Shown here in pieces: positions 7,942 through 18,630 of a stretch of 46,742 nucleotides of DNA (position 1 is the first letter of the stretch; every line of letters starts with the position of its first letter). Location of the stretch: the NCBI GenBank assembly GCA_963840855.1, contig CAWJBB010000012.1, forward strand, positions 1-46,742. Reading direction: 5' to 3'. The position numbers were made by a program, and so were the translations under genes. Below the pieces are notes generated by a model. That model was not told the origin of the DNA. It did not search any database and was given only the letters and a program-made list of their open reading frames with translations. The stretch comes from an uncultured delta proteobacterium (GTDB taxonomy: Bacteria; Desulfobacterota; Binatia; UBA9968).

Positions 7942-10266
7942 TTATCCAATGCGGGCCTGCCCCGAGACGAACTTTGGTTTCAGCAGTGAAATTATCGCCG
8001 GCAATAGAAAAAGCCCGCCGAGCATATTCATGGATAAGATAATCAGCAACTGCCACCCCATTTCCGCTTGGAAACGCAGGGGCGAAAACGCCCAGAAAAG
8101 AATGCTGGCGGAAATCAGAAACGCGGTATAAAGCACGGCTTTGCCGGCCGTCGACACGCCGTCTATGAGAGCGCGGTCAAGGTCGGTTCGTCCCTGCCGG
8201 TGATGTTCCTCGATTGCCCGCGAGACGATATAGATTCCATAATCTTCGCCAAAACCAATACCCAGGCTTATGACCGGAAGCGTATTGACGTTCAAGCCCA
8301 GGTTCCAGTACGCCATCAGCGCCATGCCGAACGTGTTCGACATCAGAACCACGCCGACAAACAAAAGGCCGGCGCTGAGAGAGCGAAAGCCGATGGCGCA
8401 GAAGATGAGTTGGGCCACGAGCATTAGACCCAAAGTCAATCTATCCGAGCGGGCGATAACTTCGTTGGCGGCTGCCAACACGCCGGCATAGCCGCTGGCT
8501 AATTTTAGCTCGGCTCCCTGCAACGGAGTATTCTTGATGAAGTCCGCGGCGCGATCCATGACGTCGCGCAGCGTGTCTCCCTTATGATCGTAGAGAAAGA
8601 ACGTCACCCGGCCATGCTGAAAATTATAGTTGACCCAGCGGTCGAAATCGCCGGGTTCACTGCCGTGCTCCGCCACCATCACAATGCCGCCCACTTCATC
8701 CACCGAACGCGGCAACAAACCCCAGCGCGGGTCGTTGTAGTGTAAAACCGAATTGATTTGCCGCGTCAAGTCCACCAAGGAGTCCGTGCCACCGACGTGG
8801 GGCGAGCGCAGCATATGATGTTGAAAAGCTTCGATGGTTTCCAACACCTTCGGCGACTTCATGGTGCTTTCAGACTGTCCCTGAACGATTACGTAAAGAT
8901 GATCCGTCCCATGAAATTTCTCGTTGATCCGGCGCACGCTCTGATTGTAGGGCGAATCGGGCCAGAGAAGCGGCGAACCGGGGTGGGAGTCGCCGACGGT
9001 GAGAAATTGATACCAGTAGAGGCTCCAGCCGATGACTAAGGCGAAAACCGCAATAACCGCCCATCGTCCGCGAGGGTGAACACAAAAGCGGCCCATGGCG
9101 CGTAGCGGCGCGTCTAACCAATGGCTCTCGCCACCCTTGGCATACCGATGTGGGGTGGGAAAATAACAACAAAGTATTGGATCGAGGACAACGACCGTGA
9201 AGAGATTGCTCAAGACCCAAAAACTGCCGGCGATCGCCAGTTTCGTCAGTATCGGCATCGGCGCGACCAACAGAACCGTAAGCCCTATGGCATCGGTGAG
9301 GATCGAGATGCTGCCGGGCATCATCAAGCCGGCGGCGGATTCAATCGCGGCGGTCTCTTTGTCGCCGTGGCGCTCGAGCTCTTCAAAAAAACGCTCGCGA
9401 AATTGAATCGAATGGCTGATGGTGCGCGCCGCGATCAAGAACGGCACAACTAAGACGAGCGGTTCAAAATTGTATCCCAGTAGCGCGGTAAAGCCCGTCC
9501 CCCAGATGAAGGTCACCGCCGCGGAGATCGCCGGAATCAAGACGCCGTTCAAATTGCGGTAATAAAGAATCAGGATCGCGAGTATACTTGCGCAAGTGAG
9601 CGCGATGATGATGCCGATGGAGTGCAAGTGGTGGTAGATCCAGCCGTAGAGAATCGGCTCGCCGGCGGCGAACACGCGCGTGTTCGGGTCTTCGGTTTCC
9701 TTGATCGCTTGCTGAATGCGTTTGAACATGGCGGAATAATCGAGCCGCTCCTCGTGAAACGCCGCCGTGATCAGGGCGGCCGTACCGTCCCTCGACACTA
9801 ATCTGCCGACGATGGTGGGATTGGCATAGACGATATCCCGAAGCCGCTCTAGCTCTTCGGCGCTGCGAGGCACAGCCGGCCACATAACGGGTTGCACCTC
9901 GATGCCCCACGAAGTGGCGCGCACATCTTTCACTTTCTGCCGCGCGATGGAGAAGATTTGATAGTTGTTCGCCCCAGGCGTGCGCTCGATTATTTCGGTG
10001 AGCTTCTTGATTTTCTCCAAGGTGGTTCGGGTAAAAATATCGCCGTTGACGGTCTCGACGGAGAGCAAGACGACGTTGGCCCCGCCAAAGGTTTTCCAGA
10101 ATTGATTGTGGACCCGTATATAGGGGTGATCCACCGGCAGGAGATCCGCGAATGCGGTGTACATCTCGATTTTCAGGGCGAGATACGCAAAGCCAAGGGT
10201 CACGAGGAAGATGAGGCCGATGATGGGAGCGCGCTTTTGAACTATAAAGACCGCCAGGCGCCTCAT
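7942..10266 (-). CDS. RND superfamily (MMPL-type) transporter
   Basis: 774 aa, two 1+5 TM halves with periplasmic loops; GIGFGEDY motif. Confidence 0.9.
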   Translation of the reverse strand: MRRLAVFIVQKRAPIIGLIFLVTLGFAYLALKIEMYTAFADLLPVDHPYIRVHNQFWKTFGGANVVLLSVETVNGDIFTRTTLEKIKKLTEIIERTPGANNYQIFSIARQKVKDVRATSWGIEVQPVMWPAVPRSAEELERLRDIVYANPTIVGRLVSRDGTAALITAAFHEERLDYSAMFKRIQQAIKETEDPNTRVFAAGEPILYGWIYHHLHSIGIIIALTCASILAILILYYRNLNGVLIPAISAAVTFIWGTGFTALLGYNFEPLVLVVPFLIAARTISHSIQFRERFFEELERHGDKETAAIESAAGLMMPGSISILTDAIGLTVLLVAPMPILTKLAIAGSFWVLSNLFTVVVLDPILCCYFPTPHRYAKGGESHWLDAPLRAMGRFCVHPRGRWAVIAVFALVIGWSLYWYQFLTVGDSHPGSPLLWPDSPYNQSVRRINEKFHGTDHLYVIVQGQSESTMKSPKVLETIEAFQHHMLRSPHVGGTDSLVDLTRQINSVLHYNDPRWGLLPRSVDEVGGIVMVAEHGSEPGDFDRWVNYNFQHGRVTFFLYDHKGDTLRDVMDRAADFIKNTPLQGAELKLASGYAGVLAAANEVIARSDRLTLGLMLVAQLIFCAIGFRSLSAGLLFVGVVLMSNTFGMALMAYWNLGLNVNTLPVISLGIGFGEDYGIYIVSRAIEEHHRQGRTDLDRALIDGVSTAGKAVLYTAFLISASILFWAFSPLRFQAEMGWQLLIILSMNMLGGLFLLPAIISLLKPKFVSGQARIG

Positions 10267-11295
10267 GGAAGCCGCTGCGAATCCTTTCTTGGGGTGAGCG
10301 CGTGGTTCGCGAGGGGTTTCCAGGCCGTTCCGCCATTCTCCGTGCGCAAAACCAAGCCCCGGTTTCCGACGATCAAGCCAAGGCCGTTCTTGCCAAAAGC
10401 GATGCTGTTTAAACTGACCGGCGGTATGGCTAATTTAACGGGTTGCCAGTTCTCACCCGCGAGGTCCGCTTGCAGAATCGTGCCGCGCTCGCCAACGGTC
10501 CACAGCCGGTCCTTGGAGGTTGCTGCGGCAAACAGATGATTGGCTGAGAGTGATTTTGCGCCAAGGGTTTTTTGGCGCATGATCCGCCAGTTCGCCCCGT
10601 CTTGGGTTCTCAGGATAAAACCGTCGATGCCGAAGGCGAAGCCGGTGATCGCGTCCGGGAAAAGTAACGCGAACAAGTTGCGGCTCTCGCCGCTGGAAAA
10701 CGTCACTTCCACCGGGCTTTTTTGCTTTACCCAGCTCTTGCCGCCGTCTTGGGTTTGAAAAATGACGCCAAATTCACCGGCAATCCATCCACGCCGTGTA
10801 TTAACGAGCGCTACAGAACTCAACGTGAGGTCTGCCTTGACCGACGATTCGGTCCAAGATCCGCCGCCGTCTTCGGTGCGCAGAATCACGCCACGGCTGC
10901 CCACGGCCCAGCCGTTGCGGTGGTCCGGCCAGCTTATAGTCGAATAGATGCTCCGTAGTGCCGCTCGGCATCACCGTCCAGTTCTTCCCGCCATCTTTGG
11001 TTTGCAGCAGAGTGCCGTAGCTACCGGAAATCCATCCTCTGTCGGGCGTCACGAATCGCACGCTGTAAAGGGCGCTCCGTGATGGGCTAGGTTGAAGCTC
11101 CCACGTCAGGCCCCGGTCCCGGGAGTGTAGGATTGTACCGTAGTAGCCGACGATCCAGGCGCGCTCATCGAGGATATTCACGCCGAAGTAGTTTTCGTTT
11201 AACGCGGGTTCCTTTTGAACGGTGTTTGCGTAAGCGAAGACGACCGGGGACCATCCCAGAATCAGCCCCGCGATGCAGGAAAAAAACAGGCGCAT
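10263..11295 (-). CDS. YCF48-like/BNR-repeat beta-propeller protein, frameshifted near 10940
   Basis: Repeated W.VG..G.IL.T.DGG.TW across ORFs 10801-11295 and 10263-10904; N-terminal signal peptide. Confidence 0.85.
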
Positions 11296-11351
11296 GAACG
11301 AAGCCGCCGAGCCAGCAATGCGATCAACAACGGGTGCAAAGCACTGGCTGC

Positions 11352-12626
11352 CTATTCAATCGAGCCGCCGCGCATGACGCTTTGCAACGTCGCGAGGCTA
11401 AACATACTTGCGGGGTAGCCCTGGTTATAAGCCCGGGTCGCGGTAACGATAGTGGATCGACCGTTCTGGACGTTGACGATTACCACATCGCCCACTGACC
11501 AGGCCTCACGGCCGTCGGCGAGTTTTACCGGAGTAAAGAAGCCGAATTGTTCTTTCCAATAGTCGCCCCGCTTGTCCCACATCAGAGTCCAGTGGGTGTC
11601 AAACGTTACTTTATTCAGATGAAGAACTTTTCTCGGGTAGCAGTAATTCGGATCCTTGGGGGTAACCTCGAGCACGTAAGTATCGACGATTTCCCATTTT
11701 TCATCCAAGGGCAAGTAGTCGCCATGCTTCCGGGCGAAGGGGAGATGCTCTTGGCTGATATTTGCCAAGATCTTCTTGTCGCCGAGGTATTTGTAGTTAA
11801 AATCCGTGATTTTGCCGTTGAAACTATTGATGTCATCGAGGTTGAATTCGCTGGGAGCCAAAGTCTGGCATCGCTGAGTCGTCGTGGCGCGGCGGATTCT
11901 GCGGATGCTCGGAAGGTAGATATAAAGATCGTCGGCTTTGTTAGGGTCTTTGTATCGAATCTCCAAGGTTGTGGTTCCAGCCGCGTCGCGTGGATAGCTA
12001 TCGACGCGGAGTTGTATATAGTCGATATGCTCGTAGCCCGGGATGGCAGGCTTGGGATTCAACGTGTAACGCGTGCTGGGGAAAAGAAAGTAAGAAACAA
12101 GATCGGCGCGGCGCTCCGAGCCGTCCCGTTCTATCGCGGCGCGTATGATTTTTCCACCTTTGACCGCTCCACCGGTTTTGTAGTCGTCACCCAGCCAGCG
12201 ATAGAAAAAATTCCAGGCCAGTTTCTGGCCGGTCTGCGGATCGCCCGGGTCGAATTTTGGAAACGGCTGTCCGGATACGTAGTTGAGCAGCTCGCCATTG
12301 GCGCCAAGCCCGACTTTGCCGGAGTATTTTTCGGTCGCTTCGATATATTCTTTTAGGGGGCGGTAGACTTTTGGTTCCTTGATTTGAATCTTATACCCGG
12401 CTTTGATCCGATTGAGAAAGTTTTCCCCGACCATGCCTTGAATCTTCTGCCAGTTTTGGGAGCTGATGACTTCTCCGGGTTTAAGGTCCGTCTCGGCGGC
12501 GATTAGGCTTATCGGAGCGGCTGCGAGCCCAAAAAGCGTTACGGCAAGAACAAATTTCATTGAACCGAGCAGGTCACTTGCGCACCATGACCCGCTGAAA
12601 TTTCGTTTTGGGTTCATGAATCTCAT
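11352..12626 (-). CDS. DUF1329 family periplasmic protein
   Basis: PFP..DP.DP..G.KLAWNF; YLPSIRRIRR; YPRKV; GGAGG RBS before the ATG at 12626. Confidence 0.85.
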   Translation of the reverse strand: MRFMNPKRNFSGSWCASDLLGSMKFVLAVTLFGLAAAPISLIAAETDLKPGEVISSQNWQKIQGMVGENFLNRIKAGYKIQIKEPKVYRPLKEYIEATEKYSGKVGLGANGELLNYVSGQPFPKFDPGDPQTGQKLAWNFFYRWLGDDYKTGGAVKGGKIIRAAIERDGSERRADLVSYFLFPSTRYTLNPKPAIPGYEHIDYIQLRVDSYPRDAAGTTTLEIRYKDPNKADDLYIYLPSIRRIRRATTTQRCQTLAPSEFNLDDINSFNGKITDFNYKYLGDKKILANISQEHLPFARKHGDYLPLDEKWEIVDTYVLEVTPKDPNYCYPRKVLHLNKVTFDTHWTLMWDKRGDYWKEQFGFFTPVKLADGREAWSVGDVVIVNVQNGRSTIVTATRAYNQGYPASMFSLATLQSVMRGGSIE

Positions 12627-12649
12627 TTGCAACCTCCAATATCCCTTCA

Positions 12650-14362
12650 TCAAAACTGATAACGCAATTTAAGAAAAACGGAATCTTTCTCCGAGAAAAA
12701 GCCGAGACCGCCATACTTATTATGGCCGCCGTATATGGCGGTGGTGAGGCCAATTTGTATTTTTTCATTCCACGGGGGCTGATAGGTTATCCCCGGGTTG
12801 ACCGCGTAATACCCCTGCGGATCATATGCGAAAAATATATCGGGAAGGATCGTATCGCCTAAATATCCCGTGCCGACTCTAAAGGTCAACAAGGTCGTAA
12901 CCCGATTAATCTTGGTCGCGTGACCAAAGTTACGAATACCGTTCTCATGATCCAAGATAATGCTCTGGAAGATCTGAAACGACATCCGAAATGCCCGCCA
13001 TGGGTCATCCTGCAGAAATGGGATAAATGTGGAACGGTCCAAGCCAAGAGCGTACCTAATGGTATTTTTTTCGACCAGATTATCGGAATGACTGCAGCTT
13101 GGGCCGGCCCGGGCAGCAAGGGCGCCGGTTAGAGTCTGGCCTGTGGCACAGTTTTTCGCGGGAAACTCGCTAACGTTATAAGGTTTATCGGGGTAAAAAG
13201 CGAACTCACCCCTAACGGCGGTTTTAATAGGAATTCCGAAAGGATCACCGACCGGGTAATTAAAGTGAGCGGCAAATATATGAGTGCGGTCGTTGACAAG
13301 AGCGATGTTCACGGTGGTTGGAAGAGGTTGGCCCACGCCGCCAATTCGGCATTGCGGACCAGTCGCCGGTGGCAGACAACCTATCCCCTTTGTTTTGAAC
13401 ACCATGTCGGTGGCCTGAGGGTTATACCCCCAGATGTAGCCTAAGCCGGCGTTCAATTCCCCGAAGTTGTGCGTAATTCTCGTGCCAATTTTCCAGTTGT
13501 CGCCGGCATCGGGATATTCTCTTGTTGCTGTGGGGACCACCACCGGCACCGGTCCTCGGGGGTTGGCAAAGAGCCGGGCTACGGGCATGCGGTCTTCGGG
13601 GTGCGCCGACCATCTGCCGTACCTCAAATCTCCGTCGGCCTTGCCGTCGCTAATGTCATTCGCCGGCGCAAAATTATCTACCCTCTGCTTTTTGGGCTCA
13701 AACCCGGGATTGGCGAAGAACTCAAAGATCGTGTTGCTCAAGGGCCGGACAGTGTACAACGTTCTCAGTCCCCACTGCGGGACTCGCGTTTCATCCAAAT
13801 TGAAAAGATTGACGGCAGCAGCCGGCGAAAACGTTGCATCTTGGGGATTGATGACATCCAAGAGCCTCTGCCCGTCTGTTTCACCCCACGAGATGAATTG
13901 CCGCCCGAGTCTTAACTGCAGTCGATCGGTGGGGAAAACATTTGCGACCGCTTCCCAAGGAACACCTTTGTACTCGGAATAAAAATTCCAAGACAGCGCT
14001 CGTCCGGTCCCTAGGGGTTGCACGGAAGCCTCGCGACTCTTCGTTTCGGCGTTGTAACGCGGCTCCGCGACGAATCGCCAGGAAATGAACAGTTTGAACT
14101 TTTCCGAAAAGTCAGCGTTAAACTCGGGCTGGAAAGTGAACCGCTGCATGTCCAAGCGGTTCGAGGTGTTGAAAAAATGGCTCCCATGACTTATCGAAAG
14201 TCCGGTCACGTTCTCAATGAACCCGCCGAAGGAAACCTTTTCTTTCAGAAACTGTTCCCACTCAGGGCCTAAAGGAGACTGCGCCGACGCGCTACCGCAA
14301 AGGATAGCCGACAACGCGACGGCGGCGAACCAAGAAGCTGTTTTGCGGCGAACCAAATTCAT
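12650..14362 (-). CDS. DUF1302-like outer membrane beta-barrel protein
   Basis: Signal peptide; RLGRQFISWGETD..RLLDVINP.D; terminal LKLRYQF beta-signal. Confidence 0.85.
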   Translation of the reverse strand: MNLVRRKTASWFAAVALSAILCGSASAQSPLGPEWEQFLKEKVSFGGFIENVTGLSISHGSHFFNTSNRLDMQRFTFQPEFNADFSEKFKLFISWRFVAEPRYNAETKSREASVQPLGTGRALSWNFYSEYKGVPWEAVANVFPTDRLQLRLGRQFISWGETDGQRLLDVINPQDATFSPAAAVNLFNLDETRVPQWGLRTLYTVRPLSNTIFEFFANPGFEPKKQRVDNFAPANDISDGKADGDLRYGRWSAHPEDRMPVARLFANPRGPVPVVVPTATREYPDAGDNWKIGTRITHNFGELNAGLGYIWGYNPQATDMVFKTKGIGCLPPATGPQCRIGGVGQPLPTTVNIALVNDRTHIFAAHFNYPVGDPFGIPIKTAVRGEFAFYPDKPYNVSEFPAKNCATGQTLTGALAARAGPSCSHSDNLVEKNTIRYALGLDRSTFIPFLQDDPWRAFRMSFQIFQSIILDHENGIRNFGHATKINRVTTLLTFRVGTGYLGDTILPDIFFAYDPQGYYAVNPGITYQPPWNEKIQIGLTTAIYGGHNKYGGLGFFSEKDSVFLKLRYQF

Positions 14363-14410
14363 GAACCCTCCGTAGTCTTGCCAGGCTTTTGTGTTTTTTC
14401 GTCAGGTTCG

Positions 14411-14426
14411 TGTTAACTATTTAACA
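14411..14426. promoter_or_regulatory. Palindromic operator candidate TGTTAA-N4-TTAACA
   Basis: Perfect 6-bp inverted half-sites in the divergent DUF1302/lnt intergenic region. Confidence 0.4.
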
Positions 14427-14495
14427 GATGATTTTTGTGCAGCGCGCCTGCGGAAATCCGTCGGCTGAAATTTGATTTATATTTAAACAATCAAC

Positions 14496-16017
14496 ATGTC
14501 AAGGAATATTTTCGTTGCCTGCAGCGCGGCTTTATTGCTCGCTGCGCCCTTCATCGCGCCGCCGCTTGTTTCCCCTCGCGTGGTTTGCCTTCGTCCCGCT
14601 GTTTTGGCTTCTCAACCGGGCGAAAAGTTTGTGGCAAGCTGTATTTTACGGCTGGCTGATGGGTTTTGCGGCGCATCTCGCCGGCTTTCACTGGTTGGTT
14701 AATACGATAAGCGTCTTTGGCGGATTCCCATATCCGGCGAGCGTCGCAATTTTCTTGATCTACGCCGCGTTACAAGGCCTGCAGATGGCGATTTTCGCGG
14801 CGCTTGTGCGAGTTGCCGGATTTGGGCCGCTGCAAATTTTTCCCGCCTTACTCTGGGTGCCGCTCGAGTTTTTATTCCCGCTATTGTTCCCCTGGTACGT
14901 GGCCAATTCCCAAGTCGCTTTTTCGTGGTTCATCCAGAGCGCGGATCTGGTCGGGCCGTACGGCGCCGGCTTTATCGTGATGTGGTTCAACGCCGCGGTT
15001 TACAATGCCGCGTTCGCGCTGCAGCGGGAACGCCTCGGATCGTTGCTTCCGGTTGCCTACGCGGCATTGGCGGTGATTGTGTCCATGGTCTACGGCTACC
15101 AGCGCCTCGAGAGCGTCGGCGCGGAAATGGCGGAAGCTCGGAAACTCACCGTGGCCTCCGTGCAGGCCAACATCGATGTCGACCTAAAGTGGAATCCAGC
15201 GCTGATCAAGCAGAATCTTGAGAAGCACATGAGCCTTACGGAACAGCTCGATGCCGTGCCCCTCGTTATCTGGCCGGAGTCGGCGGTGGAGCTTTGGGTG
15301 CCCGAGAGAATACAGGTTCTGCCGAGGGAATTGACTCCGCCGCTCAAGTCCGAGCGCGCCAACTTTATTTTCGGCGCGCGCAGTTTTCGCGGCACGCCGG
15401 GGGCGGCGGATTTCAAAGCGTTTAACACGGCTATTATCGCCGACGCCCAAGGCCGCGTGCTTGGCCGCTATCATAAGCAGGTGTTGCTCGCTTTTGGCGA
15501 GTATCTGCCCTTCGCGAAAATATTATCGCGCTTGCCGGGAGTACCCTTCGCCGATGGATTCACGCCCGGCGACGGCCCCCGTGTGTTCCATCTCAGCAGG
15601 GCAATCCGCGTTGCGCCGCTCATCTGTTACGAAGACCTTATGCCGGATGTGGTGCGTCAGTTCGTGAGCCAAACCCGCGCCAATGTGCTGATCAATCTGA
15701 CCAATGACGCGTGGTATGGGAGATCCCTCGGGCCTTGGCAGCATCTATGGCTCGCCCAATCGCGCGCCATCGAAACGCGCCGCAGCTTGCTCCGGGTGAC
15801 GAATACTGGAGTCACTTCGTTGGTCAATGCCAAAGGAGAATTAGTGCAGTCGCTGCCAATGTTTACCGCCGCTGTCATGAAAAGCGAGCTCGAAATACTG
15901 ACCGGCGAGACCTACTACGTCCGTTTCGGCGACTGGTTCGCGTGGGTAATGACGATCTTTGCCGCGGCGCTTCTGCTATTCAACCTCAAGAAAGCCTTAA
16001 CCGCCGGCCACCGCTAG
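14496..16017 (+). CDS. lnt: Apolipoprotein N-acyltransferase (apparent frameshift near 14565)
   Basis: WPESA, YHKQVLLAFGEY, PLICYE, TNDAWYG, QH..AQSRAIE, RVTNTG; the N-terminus MSRNIFVACSAALLLAAPF is in an alternate frame. Confidence 0.92.
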
Positions 16018-16892
16018 ATGCCCTTGAGGGCTTTTTCCAATGCTTTTGTCGCGGCGCGTTTCACCAACGTGCGCACGATCGCCCGCTTATAATGTTCCGA
16101 GCCGCGCAAGTCGGCAATCGGGTTGCATTCTTGTGCTGCCGTTGCGCCGATTTCATCCAGGAGATCGGGGAAAATTGTTTTTCCCACCAGCATCGATTCA
16201 GCTTTTTTAGCTCTGACAGGCGTCGGACCCACGCAGCCCAAAACGATGCGCGCGGTTTTGCAGGCATCGCCGGATTTTTCCAACGTCAGGCGCACCGCCA
16301 CTCCCACCGACGGCTTGTCCACCACCGAGCTGCTGGAAAAGCGAATGTACTCGATGCCCGAGCGCGGCGGCAGCGGCGGCAGCGCCACATGGGTCAATAT
16401 TTCGTCTTGAGCGAGGCTCGTTTCGTAAAAATCGACGAAAAGCTCTTCGATGGGAATGGTCCGGCTGCCTTTCGGTTTGGCAACCTTCACTTTGCCGTCC
16501 AGGGCGATAAAGATCTGCGCCAGATCGGTGAGCGGTTCGCCGGATGCGAGATTGCCGCCGACGGTGCCCATGTTGCGCACGCGGATGTTGGCTACTTCTC
16601 TTTCCGCTTCCGAGAGCACCGGAAGTTTTTCTCTGACGATGCTCGACGTTTCGATATCACGATGCGTCACCAAAGCGCCTATAATGAGCCCTTTCTTCGC
16701 GTCGAAGTGGATGCCTTTGAGGGACGGGATTTTTTTGATGTTGACCAGAACTTTAGGCTGGTAAAGCCCTTGTTTCATCAGAATCGTCAGGTGCGCGCCG
16801 CCGGCGAAGACTTTGGCGTCGCCGTTATGCTTGCCAAGAAGCCGGCAGGCTTCGCCCACCGTCCGGGGCTCGAGATATTCGAAGTTCTTCAC
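16014..16892 (-). CDS. Xanthine dehydrogenase/CoxM family FAD-binding subunit
   Basis: AGG..L and RNMGTVGGNL motifs; DLRGSEHYK. Confidence 0.9.
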   Translation of the reverse strand: MKNFEYLEPRTVGEACRLLGKHNGDAKVFAGGAHLTILMKQGLYQPKVLVNIKKIPSLKGIHFDAKKGLIIGALVTHRDIETSSIVREKLPVLSEAEREVANIRVRNMGTVGGNLASGEPLTDLAQIFIALDGKVKVAKPKGSRTIPIEELFVDFYETSLAQDEILTHVALPPLPPRSGIEYIRFSSSSVVDKPSVGVAVRLTLEKSGDACKTARIVLGCVGPTPVRAKKAESMLVGKTIFPDLLDEIGATAAQECNPIADLRGSEHYKRAIVRTLVKRAATKALEKALKGI

Positions 16893-16912
16893 GTCTCTCT
16901 CACCTCGCACTC

Positions 16913-16970
16913 GTTCAACGTTCCAGGTTCAAAGTTCAAAGTTTTCGGAATCAATCCTTGAACTTTGAAC
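16913..16970. repeat. Inverted pair of GTTCAA(A/G) heptamer arrays
   Basis: gttcaac gttccag gttcaaa gttcaaa ... cttgaac tttgaac. Confidence 0.8.
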
Positions 16971-16976
16971 CAGGCC

Positions 16977-18323
16977 CTAGATGTACTTAACTTTATCCAC
17001 GCCGGGGATTTCGACTTTCTCGAAGCGCCAGCGGTCTTTCATCGGCGCGGTGGCGTCGATGCCCAGGCCCGCGGTAACGCGCGGCTCCGGACAAGATGGA
17101 TCGAGCGTCGAGCAAGCGATGTGCGGAATGATGATGGCGTCTCTGTCCGCCTGGAAGCGCGTCGCCATGGCCCAGTCCACCTGCATTGGATCGAAAGGGT
17201 CTATATCTTCGTCGACGATGATCACTTGCTTGAGACCGATGCCCATTGACAGCAAAGCCAGGATGACGTTGCGCCCTTCATTCTCGGCGCGTTTTTTTAT
17301 CGACACCACGACGTGATGGCGGAAAGTGCCACCCGGCGTGAGGTTAACTGCTTTGACTTCCGGGACGATCTTTTTTATCTCACGGTAGACCACCGCGCCG
17401 TTGCCGTATTCGATGAGCGTGTGGTTCTCCGTCACCGGCATGCCCGTGAGGGCGGTTTGCCAGATGGGATTTTGCCGCATGGTGATCGCAGTGACTTTGA
17501 TTACCGGCGCCTGCTTTGCTTCGCTGTAGCAGCCCGGATATTCGCCATAGGGCCCGTCGGCCACTCGTTCGCCGGGAATTGTCACCCCTTCGATGACGAC
17601 TTCGGCGAACGCCGGCACTTCAACGTCGATGGTTTCGCACTTCGTCAGCTTCACCGCCGAACCGCGCAAGCCGCCGGCGACGTGGAACTCATCGATGCCG
17701 TAGGGAACCTTCGCCTGAGACGCGATGACAATCGCCGGATCGACGCCGACGGCGGTGGCGACTTCCAAGCCTTTATTCTTTTCCTCGGCCTTTAAAATCA
17801 TCCGGCCCAGGTGATGATCCGCCGGCGCCCAGAGCGACAGCCGGTCTTTGCCGAGCACCAGCATGCGGTGGATCGAAAGATTGCGAACTCCGGTATCCGG
17901 ATCTTTGCCGACTTGCACGCCGATGGTGACATACGCGCCACAGTCCTTGCTCGCGTGAGTGACGATAGGGAGCTTCGTAAGATCAATCTGATCGCCGGTC
18001 CATTTGATTTCCTTCACCGGGCCGGTGGCGACGGTCTCAGGCGGAATACGCACATCTTCGAGCGTCATATAACGCTCGAGCAGCTTGTCTTGCGGCACGC
18101 CGAGGCCCAGCGCGACGAGCTTGCGGGTGGCAAAGAGCCCGCCAAGCACGCTCCAACCCGGATAATCTTTGACGTTTGCGAACAAGAGCGCAGGCCCTTC
18201 GATGTCCGATGTCTTGCGGATACCGGCGGCGATATCGTACTTGACGCTCACCTCGTCCTTGACCCGTTTTAGCTGTCCCAAGTCTTCCAGGTGGGCGAGA
18301 AACCCTCTTAGATCGTCAAACAT
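16977..18323 (-). CDS. UbiD family (de)carboxylase
   Basis: DLRGFL..LE..GQL; RNLSIHR; EVVIEG; DGPYGEYPG; VDEDID; GIDAT. Confidence 0.92.
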   Translation of the reverse strand: MFDDLRGFLAHLEDLGQLKRVKDEVSVKYDIAAGIRKTSDIEGPALLFANVKDYPGWSVLGGLFATRKLVALGLGVPQDKLLERYMTLEDVRIPPETVATGPVKEIKWTGDQIDLTKLPIVTHASKDCGAYVTIGVQVGKDPDTGVRNLSIHRMLVLGKDRLSLWAPADHHLGRMILKAEEKNKGLEVATAVGVDPAIVIASQAKVPYGIDEFHVAGGLRGSAVKLTKCETIDVEVPAFAEVVIEGVTIPGERVADGPYGEYPGCYSEAKQAPVIKVTAITMRQNPIWQTALTGMPVTENHTLIEYGNGAVVYREIKKIVPEVKAVNLTPGGTFRHHVVVSIKKRAENEGRNVILALLSMGIGLKQVIIVDEDIDPFDPMQVDWAMATRFQADRDAIIIPHIACSTLDPSCPEPRVTAGLGIDATAPMKDRWRFEKVEIPGVDKVKYI

Positions 18324-18366
18324 GGTCAGTCCTAACTTTTATCTGTTATCGCACGTTAATTAAGGC

Positions 18367-18411
18367 GAGATCCTTCGCTAAGCTCAGGATAAACTCCACG
18401 AAGCATCTCGT
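18367..18411. repeat. Partial REP-like palindrome (GAGATCCTTCG..CTCAGGA family)
   Basis: Similar to 27832-27903 and to the outer element at 30485-30754. Confidence 0.55.
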
Positions 18412-18438
18412 CTGTGATTCTTATCAATCAACCTGACG

Positions 18439-18630
18439 TCACTTCAACCGCAACAATGGCAAGACATCTTTGATAAAGCGTTCGATTTGCTCCAGCTGAT
18501 GCCGCGACGTGAAACGCAGCACCGGCGTGGTGATCCCCATGTCGATCCAGCTCTGGATCATTTCGGCGCATTGCGCCGGCGATCCGTGCGCCAGCCAGGG
18601 ATTATTAGGGATCGCTCCAAAACCCCTGCC
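18439..18630 (-). pseudogene. C-terminal remnant of an LLM-class flavin-dependent oxidoreductase
   Basis: Manual translation ...WLAHGSPAQCAEMIQSWIDMGITTPVLRFTSRHQLEQIERFIKDVLPLLRLK*; the upstream gene body is absent. Confidence 0.6.

Noticed and set aside
14472-14485. FNR-like box TTGAT-N4-ATTTA
   Set aside because: The second half-site has two mismatches in AT-rich DNA, so it could be chance
15711-16961. 416-aa plus-strand ORF and similar long shadow ORFs (e.g. 9464-10336, 32807-33775)
   Set aside because: Antisense or alternate-frame shadows of well-supported genes in GC-rich DNA
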